Shown: piece after piece, positions 40,251-50,211 of the stretch
How positions within the stretch are numbered: the first letter of the stretch is position 1
How the letters are laid out: the number at the start of each line of letters is the position of its first letter
Assembly (NCBI GenBank): GCA_002631715.1
Contig: MRSX01000001.1
Location: forward strand, 48,057-112,056
Direction of reading: 5' to 3'
Source: Candidatus Porisulfidus sp. TsSOB
Lineage (GTDB): Bacteria; Pseudomonadota; Gammaproteobacteria; Poriferisulfidales; Poriferisulfidaceae
DNA: 64,000 nt
Made by a program: the position numbers and the translations under genes
The notes under the pieces: generated by a model
Databases searched by the model: none
Seen by the model: only the letters and a program-made list of their open reading frames with translations
What the model was told of the DNA's origin: nothing

Positions 40251-43099
40251 ACGAGACCGCACGCCGTTCCGGCATGGACATTTACCGGCAGTTGCTGCGG
40301 CTGGCCCTGAAGGGTCAGGCGGGCATTCTGGCGTTGGCGGTGCTGGGTATGGTGATGGAGGCCGCGACGGGCCCCGCGTTGTCCGCACTGATGAAACCGA
40401 TCCTGGACGGCGCGATCGTCGAGCAGCAGCCGGATGTCATTCGCTGGGTGCCGCTGGCCCTGATCGGGATTTTCGTGCTGCGGGCGGCCGGCTCGTATCT
40501 CAGCGCATCCTGCATGGCGCAGATCGGTGCGCGCCTGGTTCGGGACTTGCGGCGGAAAATGTTTGCGCGTCTGCTCGAATTCCCGGCAGAGATCCACGAC
40601 CATACCGCTTCCAGTGATTTCCTGGCATGCATCACCAGTCACGTCGGGGGCGTGACCACGGCGGCATCGAAAAGCCTCACCATCCTGATCCGGGACAGCC
40701 TGATGGTGATTGGTCTAATCGGCTGGATGCTGTACGTGAGCTGGATTCTGACGGTGGCCTTCCTGGCAGCCGTCCCGGTATTCGCCTGGCTGATTCCCAG
40801 CAGCAATCGGAGAATCCGGAAGCTTAGCCACCGCATGATGGAGGCGCTTACCGCGACTGTGCAGAACGCCCAGGAGGTGATTCAGGGCTACCGGGTTGTG
40901 AAGGTGTTCCAAGCCGAGAAGATGGAGAAAACACGTTTCGATGAGACGACCGAACATTTCCGGAAGCGAGACGTCCGCACGCAGCAGATGTCGGCTCTGG
41001 TGTCTTCGGTCATCATGCTGCTGGTCGGGTTGGCCTGGGCCGGCATCGTTTACCTGGTAACGCTGGAAGGGGTGCTCAGCACCATTACGGTCGGCGGATT
41101 CGTGTCGTTCATGTTCGCCATGTTGATGCTGTTGGCTCCGGCACGCAACCTGGTGCAGGTCAATACCCGGTTGCAGCAGAGCATCGCTGCCGGGCAACAG
41201 GTCTTCCAGATGCTGGACACCCCGACGGAGCAGGATCAGGGCGAACATTCCAAGCAGGACCTGCAGCATTCAATTGTCTATGATCGGATCAGCTTGCGTT
41301 ACCGCAATGCGGACCGTGAAGCACTTCACAATGTCTCGCTGACGATCCGACGTGGCGAGACCGTCGCCTTGGTCGGGCGCTCCGGCTCCGGCAAATCTTC
41401 GCTGGCTAACCTGTTGCCGCGTTTCTATGCTCCGCAGAGCGGGGAAATCCGGATTGACGACATTTCAATCAACGATCTGAAACTGTCCGATCTGCGCGGG
41501 TTGATCAGCTACGTGGGACAGAACGTGGTGCTGTTCAACGACACGGTACGCAACAACATCACCTATGGAGTGGACCCGGACCAGCAGCACGACCTGGAGC
41601 AGGCGCTGCGAAGCGCGCATGTCGACGAGTTCGTGGACCGCCTGCCGCAGGGCTTGGAGACCATCATCGGGGAAGGGGGTGTACAGCTTTCGGGGGGCCA
41701 GCGGCAGCGCTTGGCCTTGGCTCGGGCTTTGTACAAGCGGGCTCCAATCCTGATCCTAGACGAGGCAACCTCGTCGCTGGACAGTGAATCCGAGCGGTAC
41801 GTGCAGGACGCTTTGGACAAGATCATGGAAGTCTCCACTACCCTGATCATCGCGCATCGACTGTCGACGGTGGAACGGGCGGACCGGATCGTCGTCCTGG
41901 ATCAGGGCGAGGTTGTCGAGCAGGGCACGCATGAGGAGTTGATCCAGAGGAACCAGGTCTACAGGAAGCTCTACCAGCATCAATTCCAGGATGTGGGGAT
42001 CGTGGAGGAGCGTCCACCTCGCCGTGGGGAGTTGCTGGAGGAGGAGAGCACCCGGCATCAGTCTTGGATGACGCGTTTTGCCGAGAGCGTCTGGTACGAG
42101 GACAGCCGCTGGGTGTGGGCCTTGCGGCCATTGGGTTGGCTGTATCGCACCGGTGTGTTCCTGCGGCGGGTCTGGCGCCGTTGGCTCAATCGACCGCCTG
42201 CCTTGCCCGTGCCTGTGGCGGTGATCGGCAACCTGAGCGTCGGAGGCACCGGGAAAACTCCTCTGGTGGTCTGGCTTGCGCTCCGGCTTCGAAGTCTGGG
42301 GGTTTCAGTCGGGATCGTGTGCCGGGGTTACCGGGGCGACAGTCCAACCTGGCCCCGCGAGGTTGATGCCGTGACCAGCCCCGATGAAGTCGGGGAGGAA
42401 GCGGTTCTGATTGCGGCACAGACGGGCTGTCCCGTGTTTGCGGGACCGGACCGGGTTGCTGCCGCGCAGGCACTCTGCGAGCGGCATACCGTCAGCATCA
42501 TCCTCTCGGATGACGGGTTGCAGCATTTGGGTTTGTCACGGCAGATCGAAATTCTGGTGGTAGATGGCAAACGCCGGCACGGCAACGGCCTGTGCCTGCC
42601 TGCCGGGCCGCTGAGAGAACCGCTTGGACGCGCACGTCTGGCTAATTGGACCCTGGTGCACGGAGGAGATCCGGAACCGGGAGAACACCGGTTCGACTTG
42701 CAGGTGAAGCACCTGCGCTCCTTGCTTGACGGCAGTACGGCCCCGCTGTCCAGCCTTGCAGGGCAGACCGTGCATGCGGTCTGCGGGATCGGGAATCCGG
42801 ACCGGTTCCTGGAATCCTTGGCCAGCGCCGGGATCGACGCGATTCCGCACATCTACGAGGATCATCATGCTTTCCGAGTTGGTCAACTCGACTTCGCGGA
42901 CGGTCACGCGGTTGTCATGACGCCCAAGGATGCGGTCAAGTGCGAGCGTTTTGCCCGTGAACGGTGGTATTCTTTGGAGGTCGACGTGGCGCTGGAACCG
43001 GCTGTCGCCGAGGAAATCATCGGCGGCGCGCAACGCGCCATTGAGGAAAACCGAAAGGCCAAGGCACTGGATACCTTGGATGCCGAGGCGGGAACATGA
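40247..43099 (+). CDS. lipid A export ABC transporter MsbA fused in frame to tetraacyldisaccharide 4'-kinase LpxK
   Basis: 950-aa continuous ORF. Residues 1-~585 are an MsbA-type exporter (6 TM; GRSGSGKSSL, LSGGQRQRLALARAL, ILILDEATSSLD; ends KLYQHQFQ). A ~20-aa linker follows, then from MTRFAESVWYEDSRW a complete LpxK domain (VPVAVIGNLSVGGTGKTPLVVWLA P-loop). No stop codon between the domains. Confidence 0.85.
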   Translation: MNETARRSGMDIYRQLLRLALKGQAGILALAVLGMVMEAATGPALSALMKPILDGAIVEQQPDVIRWVPLALIGIFVLRAAGSYLSASCMAQIGARLVRDLRRKMFARLLEFPAEIHDHTASSDFLACITSHVGGVTTAASKSLTILIRDSLMVIGLIGWMLYVSWILTVAFLAAVPVFAWLIPSSNRRIRKLSHRMMEALTATVQNAQEVIQGYRVVKVFQAEKMEKTRFDETTEHFRKRDVRTQQMSALVSSVIMLLVGLAWAGIVYLVTLEGVLSTITVGGFVSFMFAMLMLLAPARNLVQVNTRLQQSIAAGQQVFQMLDTPTEQDQGEHSKQDLQHSIVYDRISLRYRNADREALHNVSLTIRRGETVALVGRSGSGKSSLANLLPRFYAPQSGEIRIDDISINDLKLSDLRGLISYVGQNVVLFNDTVRNNITYGVDPDQQHDLEQALRSAHVDEFVDRLPQGLETIIGEGGVQLSGGQRQRLALARALYKRAPILILDEATSSLDSESERYVQDALDKIMEVSTTLIIAHRLSTVERADRIVVLDQGEVVEQGTHEELIQRNQVYRKLYQHQFQDVGIVEERPPRRGELLEEESTRHQSWMTRFAESVWYEDSRWVWALRPLGWLYRTGVFLRRVWRRWLNRPPALPVPVAVIGNLSVGGTGKTPLVVWLALRLRSLGVSVGIVCRGYRGDSPTWPREVDAVTSPDEVGEEAVLIAAQTGCPVFAGPDRVAAAQALCERHTVSIILSDDGLQHLGLSRQIEILVVDGKRRHGNGLCLPAGPLREPLGRARLANWTLVHGGDPEPGEHRFDLQVKHLRSLLDGSTAPLSSLAGQTVHAVCGIGNPDRFLESLASAGIDAIPHIYEDHHAFRVGQLDFADGHAVVMTPKDAVKCERFARERWYSLEVDVALEPAVAEEIIGGAQRAIEENRKAKALDTLDAEAGT

Positions 43100-43116
43100 G
43101 CGGGAGTCAAGAATAG

Positions 43117-43314
43117 ATGGACAAAAGACTGCTGGATATCCTTGTTTGCCCGGTCACCAAGGGTCCGCTGCTGTACGACCGTGAGCAGCAGGAACTGATT
43201 TCGGTGTCGGCGCGCCTGGCCTACCCGGTGCGCGATGACATTCCGGTCTTGCTGGAGGAAGAGGCGCGCGGCCTGTCGGAAGAGGAATACCAGCGCTACC
43301 GGCATGATTCATGA
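43117..43314 (+). CDS. Trm112/YcaR-family small protein (UPF0434)
   Basis: 65 aa. [47 protein letters not shown]. Conserved between lpxK and kdsB as ycaR in E. coli. Confidence 0.8.
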   Translation: MDKRLLDILVCPVTKGPLLYDREQQELISVSARLAYPVRDDIPVLLEEEARGLSEEEYQRYRHDS

Positions 43315-44039
43315 GCCAGCCTTTCCATGTGGCGATTCCGGCGCGGAGTGCGTCGACGCGACTGCCGAACAAACCGTTGCTTGAAATCGCCGGGAAACCG
43401 ATGCTGCAATGGGTTTTTGAGCACGCCCGGCAGAGCGGAGCCGCTTCGGTTGTGATTGCGGCGGGAGACGAAGCGGTGGCTGACTGCGCCCGCTCGATTG
43501 GCGCGCCGGTCTGGATGACGCGCCCGGATCATCCGAATGGGACAGCCCGCTTGGGTGAATTGCTGGAACACCTGGACTGGGATACGGATGCGATCGTGGT
43601 TAATGTGCAGGCAGACGAGCCGATGCTCCCGCCCGCCCTGATCGCCCAGGTGGCCGGGAATCTAGCCGCGCGAGACGAAGCCTTCGCGGCGACTCTATGC
43701 GAACCCCTCGATGAAGGGGATTGGGATCGCGCCCAGGTCGTCAAGGTTTGGCGGGACGAGGAAGGATACGCCGAAGGATTCAGTCGGGCGCCCCGGCAAA
43801 TCGAGGAAGCGCGTTGCCAGCGCCATCTGGGGATTTATGCCTATCGTGCGGGCGGGCTTGCCCGGTATGTCAAGTTGCCTCCGGCACCGCAAGAACTGGA
43901 GGAATCGCTGGAACAGTGCCGGATGCTCCACCATGACCTTCGCGTCCATGTTGAGCCGGGTGTCGAAGCGACATCACCGGGCGTGGATACACCCGAGGAT
44001 CTGGCGCGGGTGCGCGCCGCGATGGAGGCCTTGGCATGA
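43311..44039 (+). CDS. kdsB: 3-deoxy-manno-octulosonate cytidylyltransferase
   Basis: 242 aa. [26 protein letters not shown]-terminus, CMP-Kdo synthetase fold. Confidence 0.9.
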   Translation: MSQPFHVAIPARSASTRLPNKPLLEIAGKPMLQWVFEHARQSGAASVVIAAGDEAVADCARSIGAPVWMTRPDHPNGTARLGELLEHLDWDTDAIVVNVQADEPMLPPALIAQVAGNLAARDEAFAATLCEPLDEGDWDRAQVVKVWRDEEGYAEGFSRAPRQIEEARCQRHLGIYAYRAGGLARYVKLPPAPQELEESLEQCRMLHHDLRVHVEPGVEATSPGVDTPEDLARVRAAMEALA

Positions 44040-44431
44040 ATGCCGGCAAACGTGCATTGCTGCTGGTCGCGCACGGTTCGCGCCTGCCGGAAGCCAATAC
44101 CGAAGTGGCCGAGCTCACCGATCGGCTGCGCGAAGCATCCGGTGACCGGTATGAGATCGTGACGCATGCTTTTCTCGAAATTGCCGAGCCGGACATTCCG
44201 ACGGGAATTGACGTTTGTGTTGCACAGGGTGCGGCACAGTTATGGGTTCTGCCGTATTTCTTGGCTGCGGGCCGTCATGTCCGCGACGACGTTCCAGCCT
44301 TGCTGGATCAGGCGCGTGAGCGGCATCCTGAGGTACTCATAAACCTGTGCACGCATCTGGGTGCGGAGGCCAGTTTGCCCGAGTTGCTATTGCAACTGGC
44401 CGAGGGTGTTCCGCCTGAAAATGGCATGTGA
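44036..44431 (+). CDS. CbiX/SirB-type small chelatase
   Basis: 131 aa. LLLVAHGSRLPEAN and C-terminal His region. Overlaps kdsB stop. Confidence 0.55.
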   Translation: MNAGKRALLLVAHGSRLPEANTEVAELTDRLREASGDRYEIVTHAFLEIAEPDIPTGIDVCVAQGAAQLWVLPYFLAAGRHVRDDVPALLDQARERHPEVLINLCTHLGAEASLPELLLQLAEGVPPENGM

Positions 44432-44471
44432 CCCCTTATAATGCCGCGTCCGACTCATTGCAAGGATTGCC

Positions 44472-45731
44472 ATGTTTAAAAAAGACCTGACCATTGCCGG
44501 ATTCGATCCGGAGGTCTCTGCCGCGATGGAGGCGGAACGTCGCCGTCAGGAAGAACATATCGAACTGATCGCCTCCGAGAACTACACCAGTCCGCGAGTC
44601 CTGGAAGCCCAGGGGTCGGTGCTGACCAACAAGTATGCGGAAGGTTACCCCGCCAAGCGTTACTACGGGGGATGCGAGCATGTGGACGTGGTCGAGCAAC
44701 TGGCGATCGACCGTGCCTGCGAGTTGTACAAGGCAGATTACGCCAATGTGCAGCCACACGCCGGGTCCCAGGCGAATGCGGCGGTGTATACCGCGCTGCT
44801 GCAACCGGGCGACACCCTGCTTGGCATGGCCTTGGCTCACGGCGGGCACCTGACGCATGGCTCCCATGTCAACTTTTCCGGACAGAACTACAACGCGGTT
44901 CAGTACGGGCTAAACCCGGAGACCGGGGAGGTGGACTACGAGCAGGTGGAACAATTGGCTGCCGAGCACCGTCCCAAGATGATCGTGGCCGGGTTTTCCG
45001 CTTATTCGCGGGTCATGGACTGGCAGCGCTTCCGCGACATCTCCGATTCCGTTGGGGCCTTGCTGATGGTCGACATGGCGCACGTCTCGGGGCTGATTGC
45101 CGCAGATCTCTACCCGAGCCCGGTACCGGTCGCCGACGTGGTGACCTCCACTACCCACAAGACACTGCGCGGACCCCGCAGTGGGTTCATCATCGCCCGC
45201 GAAAACGAAGAGATCACCAAGAAGATCAATTCCATGGTGTTTCCTGGAATGCAGGGTGGCCCGCTGATGCATGTCATCGCGGCGAAGGCGGTGGCGTTCC
45301 GCGAGGCTGCCCAGCCCGAGTTCAAGGAATACCAGTGCCAGGTATTGGCCAACGCCAAGGCGATGGCCGAAGTCTTCATCGAGCGCAACTACAAGGTCGT
45401 CTCCGGCGGAACCGACGACCACCTGTTCCTGGTCGACTTTATTGCCCAGGAACTGACCGGAAAGGAAGTCGACGCTGCACTGGGACGGGCTCACATCACG
45501 GTGAACAAGAATACCGTTCCCAACGATCCGAAGTCGCCGTTCGTCACCAGCGGCATCCGGGTCGGCACACCCGCGGTCACGACCCGGGGCTTCCAGGAGG
45601 ATGAATGCCGTACGCTGGCTGGCTGGATGTGCGACATCATCGACAACTTGGGCGACGAATCCGTGATTGACCGCGTGCGCGGGCAGGTGCAGGAAATCTG
45701 CGCGCGCTATCCGGTGTACGAGGCCGACTAA
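44472..45731 (+). CDS. glyA: serine hydroxymethyltransferase
   Basis: 419 aa. PLP site [16 protein letters not shown], full-length SHMT. Confidence 0.97.
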   Translation: MFKKDLTIAGFDPEVSAAMEAERRRQEEHIELIASENYTSPRVLEAQGSVLTNKYAEGYPAKRYYGGCEHVDVVEQLAIDRACELYKADYANVQPHAGSQANAAVYTALLQPGDTLLGMALAHGGHLTHGSHVNFSGQNYNAVQYGLNPETGEVDYEQVEQLAAEHRPKMIVAGFSAYSRVMDWQRFRDISDSVGALLMVDMAHVSGLIAADLYPSPVPVADVVTSTTHKTLRGPRSGFIIARENEEITKKINSMVFPGMQGGPLMHVIAAKAVAFREAAQPEFKEYQCQVLANAKAMAEVFIERNYKVVSGGTDDHLFLVDFIAQELTGKEVDAALGRAHITVNKNTVPNDPKSPFVTSGIRVGTPAVTTRGFQEDECRTLAGWMCDIIDNLGDESVIDRVRGQVQEICARYPVYEAD

Positions 45732-45772
45732 CCGGCCTCGGGCCAGGGAGCGGGAGCACTGCCGAGGAGATC

Positions 45773-46312
45773 GTGCGCTGCCCGTTCTGCAAACACGGCG
45801 ATACCCAGGTCCTGGATTCCCGGCCGGTGGGTGGGGGCGATCAAGTGCGCCGCCGCCGGCAATGCCTGAACCCGAACTGCGAGCAGAAGCGTTTCACGAC
45901 TTACGAGCGGGCGAAGCTGAAGCTCCCGGATGTCGTGAAGAAGGGGCAATCGGTCCCACAGGCTTTCGATACCGAAAAATTGACATGGAGCATCGAGATG
46001 GCATCGCGCAACCGGCCCGTCAGTTCGGACGCGATCGAAGAGATGGTCCAGAACGTCTGCGACCGGGCGCGCTCCTACCCGAGCAGGAGCATCTCGAGCC
46101 GGACGATCGGGCTATGGGCGATCGACGAGTTGCGCGAGCGGGATCAGATCGCCTGCATCCTGTATGCCTCGGTGTTCGAGGAAATCACCACGATCGAACA
46201 GTGGCGGCAGTTGCTGGAACGCGAGGCCAATGCGCTACCGGAATCGGCCAGGCGCAAACAGTTGGACTTGTTGAGCAGGGAAGAGACTCCGGACGACCTT
46301 CCACCGCCATGA
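45773..46312 (+). CDS. nrdR: transcriptional repressor NrdR (with ~25-aa C-terminal extension)
   Basis: MRCPFCKHGDTQVLDSR zinc ribbon, ATP-cone. First gene of the rib operon. Confidence 0.9.
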   Translation: MRCPFCKHGDTQVLDSRPVGGGDQVRRRRQCLNPNCEQKRFTTYERAKLKLPDVVKKGQSVPQAFDTEKLTWSIEMASRNRPVSSDAIEEMVQNVCDRARSYPSRSISSRTIGLWAIDELRERDQIACILYASVFEEITTIEQWRQLLEREANALPESARRKQLDLLSREETPDDLPPP

Positions 46313-47424
46313 CGGTGCAGGAGACGGACGCACGCTTCATGGAAGAAGCGCTGGAACTGGCGGAGCAAGGCCGCTATACCGCATCCCCCAATCCCTGTGT
46401 CGGGTGCCTGGTGGTGGCTGATGGCACCGTGGTCGGGCGGGGGTTTCATCGCCGCGCTGGAGAACTTCACGCTGAACCGCAAGCCTTGACGGAGGCGGGG
46501 GACCGGGCGCGCGGAGCCACGATGTATGTGACGCTCGAGCCCTGTGCGCATCAAGGACGCACGGCTCCGTGCGTGTCGGAGATCATTGCCGCTGGCATCG
46601 GGCGAGTCGTGTCTGCCTGCGAAGACCCCAACCCCCAGGTGGCTGGACGCGGCCACGGGATGCTGAGGGAAGCGGGCATTGAATGCGAGGTGGGAATCGG
46701 GGCCGAACGAACGCGGGCACTGAACCGGGGGTTTTGGAAACGCATGACGACTGGGCGGCCTTGGGTCTGTGTCAAGCAGGCGATGAGCCTGGATGGCGGG
46801 ACGGCGCTGGCCGACGGGCACAGCCAATGGATTACAAGTCTGGAGGCACGCGCCGATGTGCAGTGGCAACGGGCTCGAAGCGGAGCGGTGCTGTCGACGG
46901 CTGCGACCGTAGGCCGGGACGATGCCCGACTTAACGTTCGCCTGAAAGCACAGGTGTTGGGTGTTGACCAGGTCCGCCAGCCATTGCGGGTCATCATGGA
47001 CCGGAAAGGAGAACTGTCGAACGATCTTTCCCTGTGGTCGGTGCCGGGACCCTGCGTGGTTTACACCCTGGACGAGCATGCCGAAAAACTCCAGACGGCC
47101 ATTCCGCCTGAAGCGAAAATCCAGACGGTGCAGGCTGGCGGAAAGGGGCTGGATCTCGCAGCGGTGCTGTCGGGGTTGGGCACGGACTACGAAATCAACG
47201 ATATCTTGGTCGAAGCGGGCGCGAAATTCGTTGGTGCACTGATCCAGGAAGATCTAGTCGATGAGATGGTGGTCTACATTGCACCCCGCTTGCTGGGTGC
47301 GGATGCCGCGCCCTTGGCGGAACTGCCGCCGGCCGAAGACCTTCCGGAACGCTTGGGCTGGATGCTGCAGGATGTCCGTGCATTGGGCCCTGATGTCCGC
47401 ATCACCTACCATCGGAGCCACTGA
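46309..47424 (+). CDS. ribD: bifunctional riboflavin biosynthesis deaminase/reductase RibD
   Basis: Start MTVQETDARFMEEAL overlapping the nrdR stop (ATGA). Deaminase HAEPQAL...PCAHQGRTAPC zinc site and reductase domain. Confidence 0.9.
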   Translation: MTVQETDARFMEEALELAEQGRYTASPNPCVGCLVVADGTVVGRGFHRRAGELHAEPQALTEAGDRARGATMYVTLEPCAHQGRTAPCVSEIIAAGIGRVVSACEDPNPQVAGRGHGMLREAGIECEVGIGAERTRALNRGFWKRMTTGRPWVCVKQAMSLDGGTALADGHSQWITSLEARADVQWQRARSGAVLSTAATVGRDDARLNVRLKAQVLGVDQVRQPLRVIMDRKGELSNDLSLWSVPGPCVVYTLDEHAEKLQTAIPPEAKIQTVQAGGKGLDLAAVLSGLGTDYEINDILVEAGAKFVGALIQEDLVDEMVVYIAPRLLGADAAPLAELPPAEDLPERLGWMLQDVRALGPDVRITYHRSH

Positions 47425-47425
47425 A

Positions 47426-48031
47426 GTGTTCACGGGCATCGTCGAGGCGCGGGGTCGGGTAGAAGCCGTGGGAGACACGGAGTTAGGGAACTCCATGCGC
47501 ATCCGGCATCCAGGACAGGGCCGCCTGCAGGGAATTCGATCGGGCGACAGCATTGCCGTCAGCGGAGTCTGCCTGACCGCTTGCGCGGTGGAAGAGGGAT
47601 TCTTTAGTGTGGATCTCAGTGAAACGACACTCGAGCGCACGACGCTGGGCAACTTGAAAGTTGGGAGCGAAGTCAACCTGGAACCAGCCTTGCGCGTCGG
47701 CGAGCCAATGGGCGGGCATCTCGTGAGCGGGCATGTCGATGCGGTGGGCACGATCGTGGCGATCGAAGCAGAGGGCGATTGCAGTCGGACAGAGGTGGAG
47801 GCTCCGGCGGAAGTCCACCGCTATTTGGTCCCGCGCGGCTCGATCTGTGTGGATGGCGTCAGCCTGACCGTTACCGATGTTGGGGCGAACACATTCAGCG
47901 TCACGCTGGTCCCGCACACCCGTGCCGTCAGCTTGGCGGGCGATTACCGCGCCGGCATCCAAGTCAACCTGGAAGTTGATATGCTGTCAAGATATCTGGA
48001 ACGCCTTCTCGAGGAGCGCGACCGGCCATGA
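47426..48031 (+). CDS. ribE: riboflavin synthase alpha chain
   Basis: GTG start VFTGIVEARG 1 nt after the ribD stop. Duplicated lumazine-binding repeats. Confidence 0.85.
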   Translation: MFTGIVEARGRVEAVGDTELGNSMRIRHPGQGRLQGIRSGDSIAVSGVCLTACAVEEGFFSVDLSETTLERTTLGNLKVGSEVNLEPALRVGEPMGGHLVSGHVDAVGTIVAIEAEGDCSRTEVEAPAEVHRYLVPRGSICVDGVSLTVTDVGANTFSVTLVPHTRAVSLAGDYRAGIQVNLEVDMLSRYLERLLEERDRP

Positions 48032-49131
48032 ATTTCAATACGACCGAGGAATTGATCCAGGAACTGAGGGCCGGGCGGATGATCGTGCTGGCCGACGACG
48101 AGGCCCGAGAGAATGAAGGGGATCTGGTCGTGGCGGCTTCGCTGGTGACGCCGGAGCACATCAATTTCATGACCCGGCATGGACGTGGCCTGCTGTGTCT
48201 GGCAATGACCCGGGAACGTTGCCAGCAACTGAATTTGCCGCTGATGGATCCGACCACAGATGAGGCGCATCGCACCAATTTCACGTTCACCATCGACGCA
48301 CACGAGGGCATTACCACGGGTGTGTCGGCGCATGACCGGGCCACCACGATCCGGGCGGCTGTCGCGACAGACGCCCGGCCGGGCGACATCCTGCAGCCTG
48401 GACATTTGCAATGCCTGATGCAACAGCCCGGGGGTGTCCTGACTCGTGCCGGACATACGGAAGGCGGGTGCGATCTGGCGCGGCTGGCCGGCTTGGAGCC
48501 GGCTGCCGTCATCGTGGAGATCCTGAATGAGGATGGCACGATGGCACGACGCCCGCAGCTGGAAGAGTTGGCCGAGGAACACGGCCTCAAGATCGGCACG
48601 ATCGAGAACCTGATCCGCTATCGGGTCGAGCGCGAACCGACCGTGCGGCGCGGCGCCAGTTGCCACTTGCCAACCGACTTTGGAGAATTCGAATTGATTG
48701 CCTACGAGGACCTGACAGTTGACACGGTGCACCTGGCATTGGTCGCCGGGCCACTGGATCCGCAGAAAGCGGCACTGGTGCGCGTGCATGTGCAGAACAC
48801 GCTCAGCGACGTGACCCTGGCTTCAGTGCCGGATCTGGGTTGGCCGCTTCGTGACGCACTGCAGCGGATTGCTTCTGAGGGCCAAGGGGTGGCGGTGATT
48901 CTGCGCTGGCCCGAATCGCCACCGCGTTTGCTGGAACGTGTCCGGATGTTGCACAATAGTCCTGAGCCGGCTCGCACCCGGGCCGTCCCAACGGATCGAC
49001 GAGTGCTGGGGGCGGGTTCACAGATCTTGGCCGACCTTGGAGTTCGCCAGATGCGTTTGATGAGCGCGCCTCAGGTGTTCCACGGTCTGGGCGGGTTCGG
49101 ACTTGAAGTTGTGGAGCATATTGAGCAGTGA
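48028..49131 (+). CDS. ribBA: bifunctional 3,4-dihydroxy-2-butanone-4-phosphate synthase / GTP cyclohydrolase II-like (RibBA)
   Basis: 367 aa. DHBP synthase N-terminal half (ENEGDLVVAAS...HTEGGCDLARLAG) plus a GCHII-like C-terminal half. Confidence 0.9.
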   Translation: MNFNTTEELIQELRAGRMIVLADDEARENEGDLVVAASLVTPEHINFMTRHGRGLLCLAMTRERCQQLNLPLMDPTTDEAHRTNFTFTIDAHEGITTGVSAHDRATTIRAAVATDARPGDILQPGHLQCLMQQPGGVLTRAGHTEGGCDLARLAGLEPAAVIVEILNEDGTMARRPQLEELAEEHGLKIGTIENLIRYRVEREPTVRRGASCHLPTDFGEFELIAYEDLTVDTVHLALVAGPLDPQKAALVRVHVQNTLSDVTLASVPDLGWPLRDALQRIASEGQGVAVILRWPESPPRLLERVRMLHNSPEPARTRAVPTDRRVLGAGSQILADLGVRQMRLMSAPQVFHGLGGFGLEVVEHIEQ

Positions 49132-49706
49132 CGGATTCCTTGCCGCATTACGATCAGATTCGTGACCCGGACGAGAAACGGGCACTGGCCGACCGGGGGC
49201 TGGACTTCGCGCTGGTTGCTTCTCGCTTCAACGAGCCGATCGTCAACCGGCTGATCGAAGGTGCGGCTGCCACCTTGGTAGCGCGCGGGGCTGACATCAA
49301 GAATATCGACCTGATTCGAGTTTCTGGCTCGTTCGAATTACCGGGCACGGCACGGCTGTGTGCGGATACGGGACTGTATGACGCCATCATTGCGCTGGGT
49401 TGCGTTATTCGGGGGGAGACTCCACACTTCGACTACGTGGCCTCCGAATGCGCACGGAACCTCGCGCACCTTGCTCGACAGGAAGACGTGCCGATCCTGT
49501 TCGGCGTGCTGACGACCGACACCCGGGAGCAGGCCGATCAGCGTTCAGCCCTGTTCGACGATTGGCAGGACCCGTCGCCCAGGATGGAAGGTGGGCGAAA
49601 GGTCAGCAACAAAGGAGCCGAGGCGGCGGTGGCGGCACTGGAAATGATTGAAGTGTTTACTGAGATCATGGAGGATATCGACGACGATGACGACGATGAT
49701 GACTGA
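49128..49706 (+). CDS. ribH: 6,7-dimethyl-8-ribityllumazine synthase with unusual poly-Asp C-terminal tail
   Basis: 192 aa. Lumazine synthase core (FALVASRFNEPIV, SGSFELPG, NKGAEAAVAALEMIEV) followed by EDIDDDDDDDD-stop. Confidence 0.85.
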   Translation: MTDSLPHYDQIRDPDEKRALADRGLDFALVASRFNEPIVNRLIEGAAATLVARGADIKNIDLIRVSGSFELPGTARLCADTGLYDAIIALGCVIRGETPHFDYVASECARNLAHLARQEDVPILFGVLTTDTREQADQRSALFDDWQDPSPRMEGGRKVSNKGAEAAVAALEMIEVFTEIMEDIDDDDDDDD

Positions 49707-50157
49707 GCTTCCCTCATCGTCGGAAACTGACCGGGCCGAACATCGCGGCCGACATTGGGCCCGACGTTTGGCGCTGCAGGCCCTTTACCAGTGGGACATA
49801 TCGGGAGAAGAGATTTCCGGGTTACTTGACCAGTTTTCCCGAAAGGACGATATCCTGCGGGCCAATACCCAGTATTTCGAGCAGTTGGTGCGAGGGGTTG
49901 TGGCACATGAAGCGGACCTGTGCAAGCAGTTGACTCCGATTCTAGACCGGCCAATCAAGCGCCTTGACCCGGTGGAACGGACAGTCCTTCGTTTCGCCTG
50001 CTACGAACTGGCGCACTGCCGGGAAGTACCGACGGCCGTAATCCTGTCCGAGGCGACCCGGCTAGCCGGGAAGTTCGGAACGGATAAGGGGAGCAAGTAT
50101 GTCAATGCGGTACTGGATCGGGTGGCGGTCGACCTGCGCAAGGCCTGTGCCGCCTGA
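49687..50157 (+). CDS. nusB: transcription antitermination factor NusB
   Basis: ARRLALQALYQW...FACYEL...KFVNAVLDRVA. Start ambiguous (ATGs at 49687/49696/49699) and overlaps the ribH 3' end. Confidence 0.85.
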   Translation: MTTMMTELPSSSETDRAEHRGRHWARRLALQALYQWDISGEEISGLLDQFSRKDDILRANTQYFEQLVRGVVAHEADLCKQLTPILDRPIKRLDPVERTVLRFACYELAHCREVPTAVILSEATRLAGKFGTDKGSKYVNAVLDRVAVDLRKACAA

Positions 50158-50211
50158 ATTCAGGTCCGGCTCGGCCTAATCGGTTCTCCGCTACGCCAGA
50201 TAGGTTTTGGC

